Assembly: GCA_000708835.1 (NCBI GenBank)
Contig: DF236999.1
Span: 186,001-250,000 of the forward strand
Origin: Klebsormidium nitens
Taxonomy: Eukaryota; Plantae; Klebsormidiophyceae
DNA length: 64,000 bases
Direction of reading: 5' to 3'
The position numbers and the translations under genes were made by a program. Positions within the stretch are counted from its first letter, which is position 1, and every line of letters begins with the position of its first letter. The notes beneath the pieces are model-generated. The model made no database searches. It was not told the origin of the DNA and was given only the letters and a program-made list of their open reading frames with translations. Below, in pieces: positions 51,601-64,000 of the stretch.

Positions 51601-53625
51601 CGCAGGAGGCCCACGGGTTCAAGCTGGTACACATCCGCAACCCGTGGGGCGAGGGCGAGTGGAAAGGCGCATGGTCCGACAACAGCCCGCTGTGGGAGCA
51701 GTACCCGGACATCAAGCGCGAGCTGTACGACGTAAATGCGGACGACGGCGTTTTCTGGATGGCGTTCGAGGACTTTGTCAAGGTGAGCGGAGCGAAGACG
51801 AGACGCAGGGGACTGAAGGCGCGGATTTATTTGAGTTGGTTGGAGAGGTTGGGCCACTCTCTGAGGAAGATGCAGAGGGTTTCTATGATAAGGGATTTAA
51901 TGTCGGTGAACGGTGAACTTTACAGAGTTTCGAAAATCAGAAGTGGGATAGAAGTCGGAAACAGTGGACCCGTTCTCTTGAGCCCGAAGGGAAGGAGCGC
52001 TGAAACGTCTGCGATTCGATGGACACGCATCGATCCGGATGGATGGGACGATCGACGGGAACCCTCCGGAAGAAGCTAGAGGCTGGCGGTGGAAAGAAGG
52101 CAAATGGTCGCACGAGAGTCAGGGGCACAAAATTCCGGAAAGCGGCCTGGCTCGTTTGCAGACTGGCAGGAGGGCAGCTTCGTCGGAACCCGCTGAGCGC
52201 ACCGATTGTCCCCCTTTAGTTGCAGGCTCGAATGGGAGCATCCTAGGGAAGTTTCACATGCAAAAATTCCAGGAGAATCTTTGCGTCAGCTTCGATCGGA
52301 GAACCCCCTACGGCTCATCGACACCTCCAATTCTTGCACCGGGTAAACTTCTGATAGACGCGTCCTCCTTGCTTAGACCCGTCCTCCTCATATAGACCCC
52401 TCTTGGCACATATTTTGAGTCGGCAGTCACAACTACCACGTTCGGCGTTCTGACCGAGCTTCGCCCGTGCAGGTGTATGAGACGGTGCACGTGGGCTTCG
52501 TGACGGAGACTGCGCGCGGCCGGCTCCCCGCGGCCTTCGACGAGGACACCGAGACGCTGAGCTTCTCCTTGACGGTGACGGACGCAGACACAGTCTTCGT
52601 GCAGGCGCACCAAGAAGACCCCCGCATGTGAGCTCTCTCAATCAGCTGCCCGCTTTGGAATAACGTCGTGCCACGTGGCTTTCCGGCGACATTTGATACG
52701 TCGCGCCTTTCCGCGAATGAGACGTCGGTCTCTTCTGTGGCGGCCAGATATTAGGGTACCCTTCGCCAAGGGGAACTAGCTCCTCCACGCCTTGTTTTGG
52801 ATAATCATAGGGTCCGTTTGACGACGGTAGGCTTGCGCTCGTGATACGGACAGCCAACTTACTTTGCACGATCCCCTTGGTCCGTACCTTCATCAGCACT
52901 TTGCGAGTTTGGCCTCGAACGTTCATTTGTCGGGTCTGGCCGTGACGTCTTCCAATCAAAGGAGCGTGTTTGGAGCCGCTTCAAACATTCTGTCCGGCAA
53001 ATGCTGCTCATTTACCTGCTTGCCAACTCGCGTGCTGTTGCGCGTGCAGGGAAGGCAGCCGCGAGGACATGCTGGCGCTGCGGGTGACGATTGAGGACGC
53101 CGCAGAGGAAGAAGTCTTCACGTGAGCGTTTCCGTCCATCTGAGCAACATACTTTCAGTCTAGTTGTCACGTACTGGGTTGCCGAACTCTTTGGCACGGT
53201 GCAAGGTGTCGCTGTTCTAGGGACTCTCGACATTCATCTTACGCAAAGCACAAGATTACGACAGGAGCGATTGTCGGGGGATTTCTGCCGCCCGTTGGCG
53301 TGTCCTTCGCCGCCCAATCTCCTGCTCCGCTGCCGTCGCCCCTTCGCCTTCTCAGATAGACGTAGTTCCAACTATGAGGCGCTCTTACACTTCCACTGAG
53401 ACGTTTTCTGTTGCTTTCAGCAACGAGAGCGAGGCAGGTGACCGGTCCGTATTGGTGATCGCCACCGACTTGCAACCGGGGGAGTACACCGTGTACGTGG
53501 AGGCCGTGGATGGGTGCCCGGAGGACGACCGCCGGTTTGTGTTGACCGCTCACTCGAGCGAAAAGGGGGTCAAGATAGATGGGCCGTTTGAGAACGAGGA
53601 TGAGGAAGACGAAGAAGAGGATTAG
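48683..53625 (+). CDS. Soluble calpain (peptidase C2 CysPc plus a calpain domain III-like region, 460 aa); not DEK1
   Basis: Ten GT-AG exons: 48683-48719, 48948-49195, 49466-49602, 49917-49978, 50193-50354, 50827-50948, 51600-51782, 52473-52627, 53050-53121, 53421-53625 (1383 nt in frame). Triad motifs [15 protein letters not shown] (Cys), GIVDMHAYT (His), [16 protein letters not shown] (Asn). Also [30 protein letters not shown] and HQEDPR. Confidence 0.92.
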
Positions 53626-55170
53626 GACGCGCGCTTAGCGGGGCGTTTTAAGCAACTGATATTGGGTTGTGCGGGATGGGGGCGCATTGTGTGTTGAGTC
53701 GCGGGGTTGAGTTGCTTCTGGTGAAAGTGGGAAGCACTCGAGGTAATTGGTTTATTTGCGGTTGTTGGACTGATGTTGCGATACTGCGGGAAACATACTG
53801 CCAATAAGAGGTGAGTAACTCAGGTTACTATATATTCAAGAGCTGCGGCATGGCACGCATGAAGACTGCGTACTAAGCAGAGCGCCGCCAATCCCTGGTG
53901 CAAACGCGGATAGACATAGCCTTACGTAAGGAAAGCAATCTAAGCCGCCACCATCGCTGGCACCACCGTCAAGGACTGGTACAACCACCGAGGATCAGAA
54001 AAGTAAGTACTGTTTGGAAGCGGGGATAGGTCCAGCCGGCGGCGCTTCAATCAATTGTGGATGTTCAATGAGTTACTGAAATTCCAAGGAACTAGCTGTT
54101 CGATGATTTCGTGATGGCTGAACTTCTGAATGTTTGAATACATGCATGGCTGCAACTACAGTAGTGACAGACGGTCGTGGTCGAAAGCGCATTCGCTTGC
54201 ATGCCTCATTTGATATGGACAATTGATTGGATCGCAACATGCGACTGCCGCGGCGGCTAATTAAGATTGGTGCATATCACATGCACAGTTTAATCGAATG
54301 CATGCCAGGACCTAGCCGAGCAGTATGTGCTGCATATGCCGGTGCTATAGACTGCGCACGTACTGCCATGTTGAGCATGATACTGCATTGAAATCTGAAG
54401 CTGGCTGGAGCCCGGATCCCTGATCTAGTGGTTTAGCAGGCCGAACCGTCGTCATTTTGTGTATCAAACGGCCTGCATGGCGCCGGGGTCCAAGCTGCCG
54501 CCGCGGGATCAGGATTTGTATGCATCAGACCGTCGACTCGAGGATCTGATCGAAGCTCTTCAAACAACTGCGTCTGCAACTTTCGATATCGACAACCTTA
54601 CATGAACCTGCCCTGGAAGTTTGAGATTATCACAAGCGCGCTCAAGTCCGAATTAAACAACCCCCAAGGCAGCAGCCAACGATGCAAGATACGAAGGGAG
54701 CACTGATATGATTCAATGCCTCATCGAGGACAAACGACTGACTGCAGACAAGTCCCGCCGCACGCGTGCCAGCATCTACAGCCCTACTGTGCCCAAATCA
54801 GTGGCAAAATGTCCTCGTCAGATGTTTTCGTTAAGAGTGCATAATCACGGTGCGGGGCAATGACTGCTCTTTTAAGGTTGACCTAACATCATCCTCCAAC
54901 CAGCTACCTAAGCAAATTCCGGCCACGTATGACCAGCAGCACTTACTGCAGCCGTTGCCCGGAGCCACGAACAACCTCTATTGATCTTGACCTATCATAC
55001 AGCGAGCTGTTTAAACTGCTTGCATCACGACGGATACCCAACTACGACGGTACACGTACACGCTCCAAGCTTTCAACCAACAAGAACCGCGTCAAGCGTC
55101 GGCTCCAAAACAACTTCGTTCATAACATACTCTACACCCCCCCGTTACCTTTACCCTCTTCCGTACGGTT

Positions 55171-56907
55171 TCACGGCAGCCCCTTCTCGAGCTGGCCCGC
55201 CTTCAGGTCATCTTCCACGTAAGCCAACTCCTGCACCGCTTTCTCGTGCTCGTGCACCCGCTTGGCCTTCTTCCGGAAATAGAACACGACAAAGACGAGT
55301 AACAATCCCGCCACGCAAAGGCCCACTATGACGAGAATCACAGCGAGCATTGTACTGCTGAGGCCGGAACTTTTGTGAGTCTGGGGCACCGTGAGCGTGG
55401 GCTGCGCAGGAAAGGCGCTCGTGTTGCTGCCCACAAGGCTCGGGCTCGCAACTGCAAGGGGGCGATAGATACAAACGTCAGGTTGAGAAGCACACGAGGT
55501 TCACACTGTGGGGTCTTTACTGTGGCAGTAAACAGGTGGAAAGCTCTTAGGCTTGAAGGCGTGAATATATTTATTATGGCAGTGGACTGGTGGGAAGCTC
55601 TTAGAATCAAGGGCGTGGTAGAATGAGGCTCAACAGTGCTGGATTCGCTCAGAAAGAAATAGGGTCTAGAGTCGAATCAGAGATGGGCTCGCCGAACTTC
55701 AGTGTATCCATGTATTAAGTGACGCCCAATAAAATCTCAACCCTAGCCCTAACGAGGACAATCTGCCTGCGTGACCCAATATAATCTCAACCCTAGCCCT
55801 AACGAGGACAATCTGCCTGCGTGAATGCACTAACACTGAGACAACTTGAGACGTTTAAGGAGCCCTCACCTGTCGAAGGAGCTCCCGCCAATGATGAGGT
55901 AACTGCGGTGGGCGTCAGAACAACTGGCACCTGCGGCGCCGGCGCCGGTGCTTGCACTCCCGAGCATTCTTGGCAGTAGAAGATTGCGTCAAACTCATGT
56001 CCCACATACTTTTCCAAAGTTCCGTTCGGCGCAAAGTCCAACGGGCAAAGCTCCCATTCCGCAAAGGTGGCATCGGGAATGAGCCACCGCTCGTTGTAAA
56101 AACCGCAACGCTTGCACTGCTCGGTGGGAAGAGTGGTGAGGGGCTGAAAGGATTCGTGGCCGTTGAAGGAGAACAGCTGATTCTCGTCATCGATGTCTGA
56201 AAGGTATATTTGGGTGTCGTTATCGGAGCATTGGAAGTAGACGGTGGGGTCACCCAGAAGCTGGTGCGTCTGGAAGATGGTCAAGTTCAGCAAAATGACG
56301 TCGCGGGGGCCTGCGAGGGAATGAGATCGCAGTCAGGAAGGTCTGTATGTAGATGCAGCATTGGCAGTTGCTTTGGCAATGGAGGCTGCCGGTGATTTTG
56401 CACGTTTGCTAACTTGGTTTGGCTAAGTTACTCTGGCCTATAAGAGGGCCCAAGCTTGGAGTTTTGGATACTGGGAAGGAGAGAGCCTGATGCAAATAAA
56501 AAAGAAACCAGGCAGGGAGAGGCAGCGCCAGCCAATGCTCTTAAGGCCCACCAGGCATAAGGAGGTGAATGGGTATCCAATGAGGTGAGGGCAAATGAAG
56601 CGCTTGAGAAATGGCATCCCACAAATAGGCATAGGGTTGCGGTCCACAGGTGAATCTAAATCTGAACATGGGAAAGCAGACTTGCAATGAATGGCGACAA
56701 AGGATAGGTAGATATATTGGAGGGCCGTTGACAAGCCAGTCAGTCGCGACAACCATTAACTGCACTAGCTGCGAGAAGGAATGGGGCATACTTTTTGGAA
56801 ACCCTATTCCTTTAACCATTGGAGACTCGATACTCACAGCTTGAGTCAAAAATCCAACCAATCATGAGTATGACTAATCTCAGGACACTTGAACGTGCAG
56901 CAGTCAT
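55171..56907 (-). CDS. Plant DUF7953-like Cys-rich type I membrane protein, paralog B (263 aa)
   Basis: Exons 56907-56838 (signal-like MTAARSSVLRLVILMIGWIFDSS, donor GTGAGT), 56310-55870 and 55451-55171, with phases 1,1 as in paralog A. Motifs IFQTHQLLGDPTVYFQC, ESFQPLT, QCKRCGFY, FAEWELCPLDF, and TM LAVILVIVGLCVAGLLLVFVVFYF. The first exon is the least certain. Confidence 0.8.
55731..55824. repeat. 50-bp tandem duplication in DUF7953-like B intron 2
   Basis: AATCTCAACCCTAGCCCTAACGAGGACAATCTGCCTGCGTGA is repeated with period 50 (CCCTAGCCCT at 55741 and 55791). Confidence 0.9.
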
Positions 56908-58347
56908 CCGATTCAATAGCACAGCCCCGGGGCAAGTTCCAGGTGAAAGGAGAAGCGGACGTGGGAGGGGGGTCCCAAACAGTGAAATCAAATAGGGCGA
57001 AGCAGATAAGGGGCACAGGCGCACTTAACATGACAACAACTTTGAAAAGAGATCATCTTCTGGTGACTGCAAACTTGTCTAAAGGACGATAATGTCAATG
57101 GCAGAGCAAAGCGGAATCAGGAATGCAACCTGCGCCTACCACCAACAGCCCAGGAGCTTTTAGCTGCTAATTGCACCTATCAAAATGTCTCGATTGACTG
57201 GAGCCATTTGCTGAAGGGAGGACTACATCAATGGTCACGACATGGCTGCCATACCAACTGCGCCAACTCAATCACAGCCTTTTTCAGACCAAGCATGTTT
57301 CAAGGCTTCAGAAAGAATGGTTTGGAAGGGATCCCTTTGCCCCTCACCTGCCTCAACCGCTGGTGCCCAGAAAAGAACGCACGCCAAGAGACACGAAGCG
57401 CATAGTAGGTTCCTGAAGAGGGCCATGGTTGCCACAAAAACTGGTCCGCCGGGAGATTTCTGCTGAAAGCGCCCCTTTCGCCTACCTAGTTAAGGTTGCT
57501 CCACCATTTCACGAACACTGCAAGCCCTTACTCGAGGCTGAGCTGCAACATGTGCTGGGCAGCTTTGCAGCTTCTCACATGATCAGATTTCAGGGCTAGC
57601 AACCCACAGCTTCTAACCCCCTGGCACGCCTGAGTGACGTCAAATATCTTGCAGAAGTGGCACTTTCTGATTCTTGCAATGATTGCAAAGATGTACAACT
57701 TCTTGAATTCTGCCATCTGTCAAGTTTGTTGGGTGCGTGTACAAACAAACCGATCTTCAAGATGCGGTATCCTAGGTCCTAGGTACCATACCGGTAAAAG
57801 GGTGCAGCCCACGCGGCGGGGGATCCCTTTAACCACGACTCTTTCCGAATGTGCCAGCTCTTGATGATATACGATGTTCGCTTGTCCTCTGCAAAATTTT
57901 GGGTCCCACCGTCCATTTTGGGCCCCCTAGTAATGACCGTGGTGGAGATTACCGGTGCCGCTCAGACATGTGCAACTTGCAAGGTGTCCAGAAGCAAGAC
58001 ATGATTGCTGCCAGCAAAACATGTGTAATGCATCGTCAACAAAGTTTGATAAACCTTGCTTGGCAAGTTCAGGTCTGCAGCACTTGCTATCCATGCTTCG
58101 ATATCGCTTCGTTCACCAATGAGGCACGGGGTGAGCAATGGCATGCTGCACAAGCCTCTCCGCTTCATGTCAATAGGATTTAGTAGTTTGCGCATAAAGA
58201 GGCAACTTTTCAGGGCGGCCGGTTAAAATGCTAGCTATACATACAATCAGTAGGTACTGTCAAGTTGCCGACCAACCTTTATGCGTTTACCCAGCTGCTC
58301 ACGTTCCGTTGCATTAGCACGAAGCTTTTTATTCAACAGAAAGTCGG

Positions 58348-61300
58348 CTAGAGCCGCTTCTTCGATTGGGAATTTATGGCTCCTAATCGATCTATCAGAG
58401 GCGGGTGCGAGAAATGGTATGTGGAATACCAGGGGTCCAGGTTCATGGCCGACAGGTTCTCTTCCTGCAAGAAGTAGAAGTTGGCTTTCAACGTGAAGGT
58501 CCTTGTGCTTTTATGAGCACCGCACTGGGTCCGATCCGGACCAGCATCTTAAGAGTTGATTGGGAGGGACTGGTCTAGAAGCTTTTTAGCCTGTTTCAAA
58601 TTGAGGGAAGCAAGGAGGTTGCGACCAGGCTCTGATGTTCGCCAAGCCGGGTGACCGGCACACGGAGAGCTCGCATCTCGACAGAGTCGCAGGGAGACTG
58701 AAGTGAGCCCTCGTACTATAAACTCGGCATCCGCACAACTCTGAGAGGGTTCTAAGGAACAGTTACGTCATTCAAGCAATTAGTTTGAGGAGGCAGAAAT
58801 CCCACCTGCAAGCGGATGAGCCCCACTTTGAGCGGCTCTGCGTACCCCAGGTGGACCGCAAAGGCGTCCGCTTGGTACTCGAATGTCCGGCTGACGATGT
58901 TGAACACGAACGACAGCGTGTGGCTCACGGGGCCAATCACGAACTGCAAAGACAAGGACGTGCATAAGGAAAAGAGAACAAACGAAATCAGCAATCACAG
59001 AGAGGAGGTTTTTTGGGCTATATGAAAGTCGGGGAGATCGTTTTTGCTACCTCAGCACGTTCGGTTGGCGACGTCACTCGCGAACATCAGCGCTGCCTCC
59101 ACCAACACGCTGGGTTCGTCTTGGGACCGCGCACCAGCTAGAGTCAGGAGAATCGAGTTGTTTCCAGATGCTGCTTTTGAAACAGACGTAACGCACGGCT
59201 GTCACTCAAGCAGGACGATTCAGCATCGTTCCTACCACCCGCCCTTCTGTCTGTCAGGAGCGCGCAGACTTTGGCAGTATACTCATAAGTTTCATGACCA
59301 GATACGCAAAGATTGGAGAGCTTACTCCAAACAGCAGCAGGCCGATCAGCACGGCCTCCGAGTCGAAGCCAAAGCTCTGGTAGAGAACCTTGCTGCCCTT
59401 GATCGCTTGGAAGCCGCCCATGTACACCAGCCAGATGACCTGCCAGAAGCGGCGGTGTGAATGCCCGACGTGGTGCACTACGAAAGTTCCGGGGTGAGCA
59501 AATAGGAGCAAGGTCCTGATGCAGTCAGCTGAATGTGTACAGAAGCCGGAAAAGCACGCAGGCAGATGAGCCGAAGCCAAAGTTGCTAGGACCTGCTGAT
59601 GAGACCGAGAGAGTGATCGCACGAGACGAGCCAGGCACATCGAGGCTGAGCGCTGAAAGTAGCGACTGCTCTTTCGCCGATCAGCGCAATCAGTTGCTCC
59701 GCTCACCTGCTGAGCTAAGAACGTGTAGACTGTGTGGTTCAGCTTCCAGTGACCCTGCAGCGACACGCGGACAAGAACCGCTTAGCTTGACGACACGGCT
59801 TAGTGGCAGGATACTAAAATGTGTGCAAAAGCGTCCTAAAGCACTGATTCAGCAGTCACTGTAATTGACACAAGCGTGCGCACGAAGCCAGTCGTTGCAG
59901 CAAATCCTCTTGGGATGTCAATTCTGGTCTGTGCGACATGCTGACATGGGCGTCAAAGGGATCGAGAACGTGACTGTGATGCAATTTGGCGTACCAGCTC
60001 GTGGCCGATGACCGCAACCACCTCCTCGTCCTTCTTGCACTGCACGCAGAGAAAGGCGGCACACATGACGTCCGTAAATTCCTAGACTAAAATCAGAGAG
60101 AAGCACAGTGACTCCGCGACCGGAATTAAACTGTCCAGAACGGGTCGCAAACTCAAGATGGAGTTGACTAAAAAAAAGCCTCGCCTTCCAGCGGCCGTGG
60201 CCTGCAAGGATCTACTTCTAATCGTGCTAATCAAGCTTCCTAGCATACTATTCCTTTTTACTACATTTTAGAAGGGCCTGGCATGTGGTCGTTTCAGACA
60301 AGACTGCAAAGCAACTTTTCGCTCACCTGCTCGAGCAGGGTGTCGTAGAGGACGATCCGCTTGTTCTTGAAAAAGCCGTACAGGTACGCCTGTAACAGCA
60401 AGCAGGACTGATTGCATTTGAGTTGCGAAGTGGGAAACACAAAGCGAACCAGACGTTCGGCCTCAGGAACGGTCGCCGAAGCGGCCTTCGAACATCTTTC
60501 AGCGAGAGGAAGATCCAAACGCCCTGCGTGGAGGTATCCTGATTCAGAGGCTCCGTTGCTCACCCTCTCAAGAGTGCAAAAAAGGACTGCAGTCCAAGCA
60601 GCATCGTGCCGATCGAGAGCTTTCCGTCCGAAGGCTTACGTTGCTGTGGCCCGATCGAATGGATCCGTTGACAACGAAGAGCTTCTTGAGGGGGTAGCTG
60701 AGGGACGCTGCCAGCTTCTCGATCTCGGTGCGCAGGGTGCCTTCAGGCAGCTGCAAATACGGGCATGTACTTCGATAAGAAATAGCAGCAGAATCACGAG
60801 CTACTATGAAGAACGTCCTGCCCTCACTAGCGCTGGCTTGTCCTTTTTGATACTGGGTTGGACACGATCAATTCCAGACAGCTGGCGTTCTTCCAAAAGC
60901 GAGTAGTGGTAAAACTTCGACCACACCAGACAAAGCTTCTGGCCTGTTTGAAGGCTTCGGTAGAGATGTTCTGAAAACGAGCGGTGCCTGAGGTGAGCTC
61001 TCACGGTGCACTCACCGTTGTGTAGGTGTTGAAGAGAGGCGCGATGACAAGCGGGTAGAGGACCATCATGACCAGGGACAGCACCAGCAGGAACGCCCAA
61101 AGGTACACGGCCAGGTACGGCCCGCCGACCTGGGGGAGACAAAATGCAAAACCTTTTTCATGTCGTTGTAACATCGAAGAGAGCTGCGATACGTAAACGG
61201 TGACAGATTGTGCGATGAGTAGGAAAACGTACACTCTGTGCGGCTTGCTCGCAGGAGCGGGGCTTCAGAACGCTCAAGTAATTTCCAGGTTCGGAGTCCA

Positions 61301-63399
61301 GAGCGAAGCAGACTAACTCGAGACTAGTAGAGCAGATATGCATGACGGCTCGGTTGGGCACTTCCTTCATTTGGGAAGGTCGAGAAGCTGCCGTAGAAGC
61401 TGTGGTTTCTCCTGATGGAAGCGCAAGCGAACGAAATGTGGCGCCAGCAATTGCTCACCTTCACAATTGTGATAATTCCGGCAATGATAGGAGGCGCAAT
61501 GATTGCCGTCAGCGCATACCCCTTGACAAGGTCTTTCACAAAGAGAGCCGGAGTTTGCTGCAAAGAATCCCCGCATGTGTTACATCAATCCTCAGTTGTG
61601 GAGTCCTTGTCTAGGATCCTGAACAGATACATTATTGGGACACGAAGCCGTTCCGAAATCACAACTAGCTTGTTTGCATCGTCTTCTTGCCACCTGAAGC
61701 TGAGAAATGCCATCAAGCATGTAAACCGAAGCTGCTTACAACCAATCGCCAATGGAAGTGACCATATGAGGGTGGTGCAAAGCATTCGACGAACCAACAA
61801 GCAGACAAAGTATGAAGTCACCTTGTTGAATCCATGCACTTGCTCGATGACAAACGTCGAGTAAATTGACCATGGAAGGTCGGTGACCTGGAAGGAGAGA
61901 GGCTCAGCTAAAGAATAGAACTGGGCGCTGTGTCGTAAAATCCAGAAGGAAGTGGCAGTGATTACAAAATAGTGAATCAGCCGCATGAGGAAAAAACCTT
62001 CTCTACTTGTAGGTCTCACACACTTTTGAACGGTTTGTGCCTATCGGATTCTGCAGAGTGCCAGTTAGAATGCTCAAAGCCAATCGTATTCCTGCACAAA
62101 TATTTGGGGAATCTCTGGTTGCCACTATCTTAAGGGCTCGTGCATCCAAACCCAAGTGCTGATTCTGCCCTAAACTTACGAACTGCCAGTTTAACTTATA
62201 TGGACAACCTAGTATGATAAAAAAGCATGGATCAAGTTGAAGGCGGTCACAACAACAATCCCGAAATGAGACGGAGCCCCAAAACTCTCAATAAAAACCT
62301 TTATTGAAAAAGGAGTGGGCCCATACCTGTGACCACACAAATTGGATGGCCAGAAACAGAAGAGACTGGAGAATCTCGTGTTCTTCTGGTTTGTAACCGT
62401 ACTCTCTCAGAATGTCTCCAGATCTCTGCAGGATGGATTGAGGGAGTAGTTAATGACCATGTCAGCATTCAATAACAAATCATGTGATTCTCACGAGCTT
62501 CTAGCACTTACTTCTGCAGAGAGTGGTGAGAAGCCCACACAATATAGTCAGCGCCCTCCCAGCGAAAATGAAAGTAACATACCAAAGCCAGAGAGATGGA
62601 AAGACTACTGCTATTGCATGAAAGACATACATTGGGTTACTCTCTATGCGATATTATCACTGTCAAGATTTTGAGAAGGAGCCCCTTACCAGCCACAGCC
62701 ATGGGAGGACACCAAACAGAAGTATTGCCGTCTGCTCAATCTGCCCAACCGCCGAGTGTAGGAGGCCAAAGTAGCTGCATCACGACAGCAGAACCTCAGC
62801 GAGCGTTGATGGATGGACAAGCTGCGAAGAACATAGCAACCACACCTTAAATTCTGGTGGAACTATGTCAAATTTAGAAAGTGACCGCACTGATTGGATC
62901 ATTGAAGGCGCCAGATGGACGTGGCATACCTCTTATCCAGCTGATATGCCTTGGACTTCTCGAACTTTTCTGCTGAAACTATTCCTTTCAATTGTGGCGG
63001 CAGGCTTGGCCTTTTGAGCGCCTGCAACTGTCGAAGGTCGAGATACGTCTCGAAAACGTACACCACCGTCTGGAAGCCTGCAAATTGCAATCGCGCAGAA
63101 AATTATCTTCAGAACACTCAATGTTCAAGACATGGCAAGCTGTTTCATTCCAAAATTTGATGTTCCTCAAACAATCTGAAGGCATGATGCATTACTGGAC
63201 TGATCCATCAAAAACACCATCTAAACAGTATCTTTCAGTCCTTCTAATACCCATTTTACGGCAATTGCATATGGGGGACTTCCAATAACATATCCATTGG
63301 AATTAATGATCACCCGTGAAGCAGAGCAAAGAGGGATGTTCGGAGCATACCAACAACTAGGTACAGCCAAGGCCAGCTTGAAAGCTGCAGCAACTCCAT
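58348..63399 (-). CDS. STE24: CAAX prenyl protease 1 (peptidase M48A, 431 aa)
   Basis: Fourteen GT-AG exons: 63399-63351, 63077-62930, 62774-62690, 62425-62327, 61887-61822, 61557-61459, 61129-61016, 60750-60640, 60389-60327, 60039-59995, 59754-59707, 59439-59326, 58943-58806, 58464-58348 (1296 nt). Motifs [75 protein letters not shown] (HExxH, split by an intron), SRTFEYQAD and YHFSHPPL. The C-terminal KKRL fits a KKxx ER-retrieval motif. Confidence 0.96.
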
Positions 63400-64000
63400 T
63401 CTGTCCACAGACGGTAGCAGCCAAACCGCGGGCCCTTGCAGACACGCAAACTTGCAACTCACAAATCCTTCTGACTGCAACTCAAGCTACTCCATGCGCG
63501 CTGCCTGACAGGACACGCAAGGCTTGAGAGGATGTTCAAGAAGCTGAGACTTTCTCGTGTACCACCACCATCAGCACCTGTGCAAACTTTATCTACGCCA
63601 AATTGCGAGGCGCCAATGGTGCTGCTGCAATGCGTGTGCATGTCGCCCAGTCCTTCAAGTTCTTGATTACTTTTCAAAAAGCAAAGAAAAGTTTGGCAAA
63701 GAATTTCCCAAAATGGCACATTTTGAAACGCTCAAAGTGCGCAAATTTGTCAGTTTGTCAAATTTGCTCCACCGCTACACGAAATACATCGCGTGTCAAG
63801 CTGCATAATGCCACATTACCATACCGTATAAGCAACGTGATTTTGCGACACCGACATGTAAACTTACAACGGAGTTTTCAGCGCCCAAAAAGGTTAAAAC
63901 GCAAAGTTTGGAGGCTGGATACCACTGCCAGGCGCTTTTAATTCAACGTCATTCATCTTGCAGGCCCACCTGGGCGCCCACAATGACATGCAACTTTCTG

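Noticed and set aside
56432-56617. Alternative 5' exons for DUF7953-like B: ATG at 56617 with a GTTTCT donor, or a 55-nt internal exon at 56486-56432
   Set aside because: The first has a poor donor and a weaker signal peptide than exon 56907-56838. The second is not 3n and would frameshift, so at most it is a poison exon, for which there is no evidence.
57100-58200. A plus-strand gene predicted by the alternating-strand pattern
   Set aside because: Only short ORFs without recognisable motifs or a consistent splice model; probably promoter and 3' UTR sequence.
63459-63719. Upstream ORFs (MPFWEILC.., MHTHCSS..) as the first exon of STE24
   Set aside because: Exon 63399-63351 has a good GTATGC donor, the right phase and a better match to STE24 N-termini (WPWLYLVVGFQTVVY).

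Overview
Gene-dense, intron-rich eukaryotic DNA. The prokaryote-style ORF track is mostly exon fragments and antisense shadows, so I rebuilt genes by hand from splice sites and phase continuity. Plant-type genes (plastid NFU, plant COX7a, DUF7953-like proteins) together with a soluble non-DEK1 calpain suggest a streptophyte green alga such as Klebsormidium (inference). Fourteen spliced protein-coding genes, in order: RPN5 (-, 3' end outside the window), an EamA/DMT transporter fused to a huge Ala/Gly/Thr-rich region (+), M14 carboxypeptidase (-), an orphan protein (+), a ~2440-aa coiled-coil protein (-), COX7a (+), a membrane-anchored RmlC cupin (-), UCH37/UCH2 (+), plastid NFU (-), DUF7953-like A (+), calpain (+), DUF7953-like B (-) and STE24 (-), counting a low-confidence 65-aa ORF (-) between DUF7953-like A and calpain. 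The window also holds a ~780-bp inverted-repeat element, several short tandem duplications and a 374-N gap. Main leads: the ~1600-aa EamA/silk-like fusion with phase-1 cassette exons and a G9 frameshift, the intact soluble calpain, the CapF-like cupin, and near-perfect strand alternation of genes with TGCA/CATG-rich convergent spacers. No rRNA, tRNA or CRISPR array was found. Family names come from recalled motifs, not database searches.
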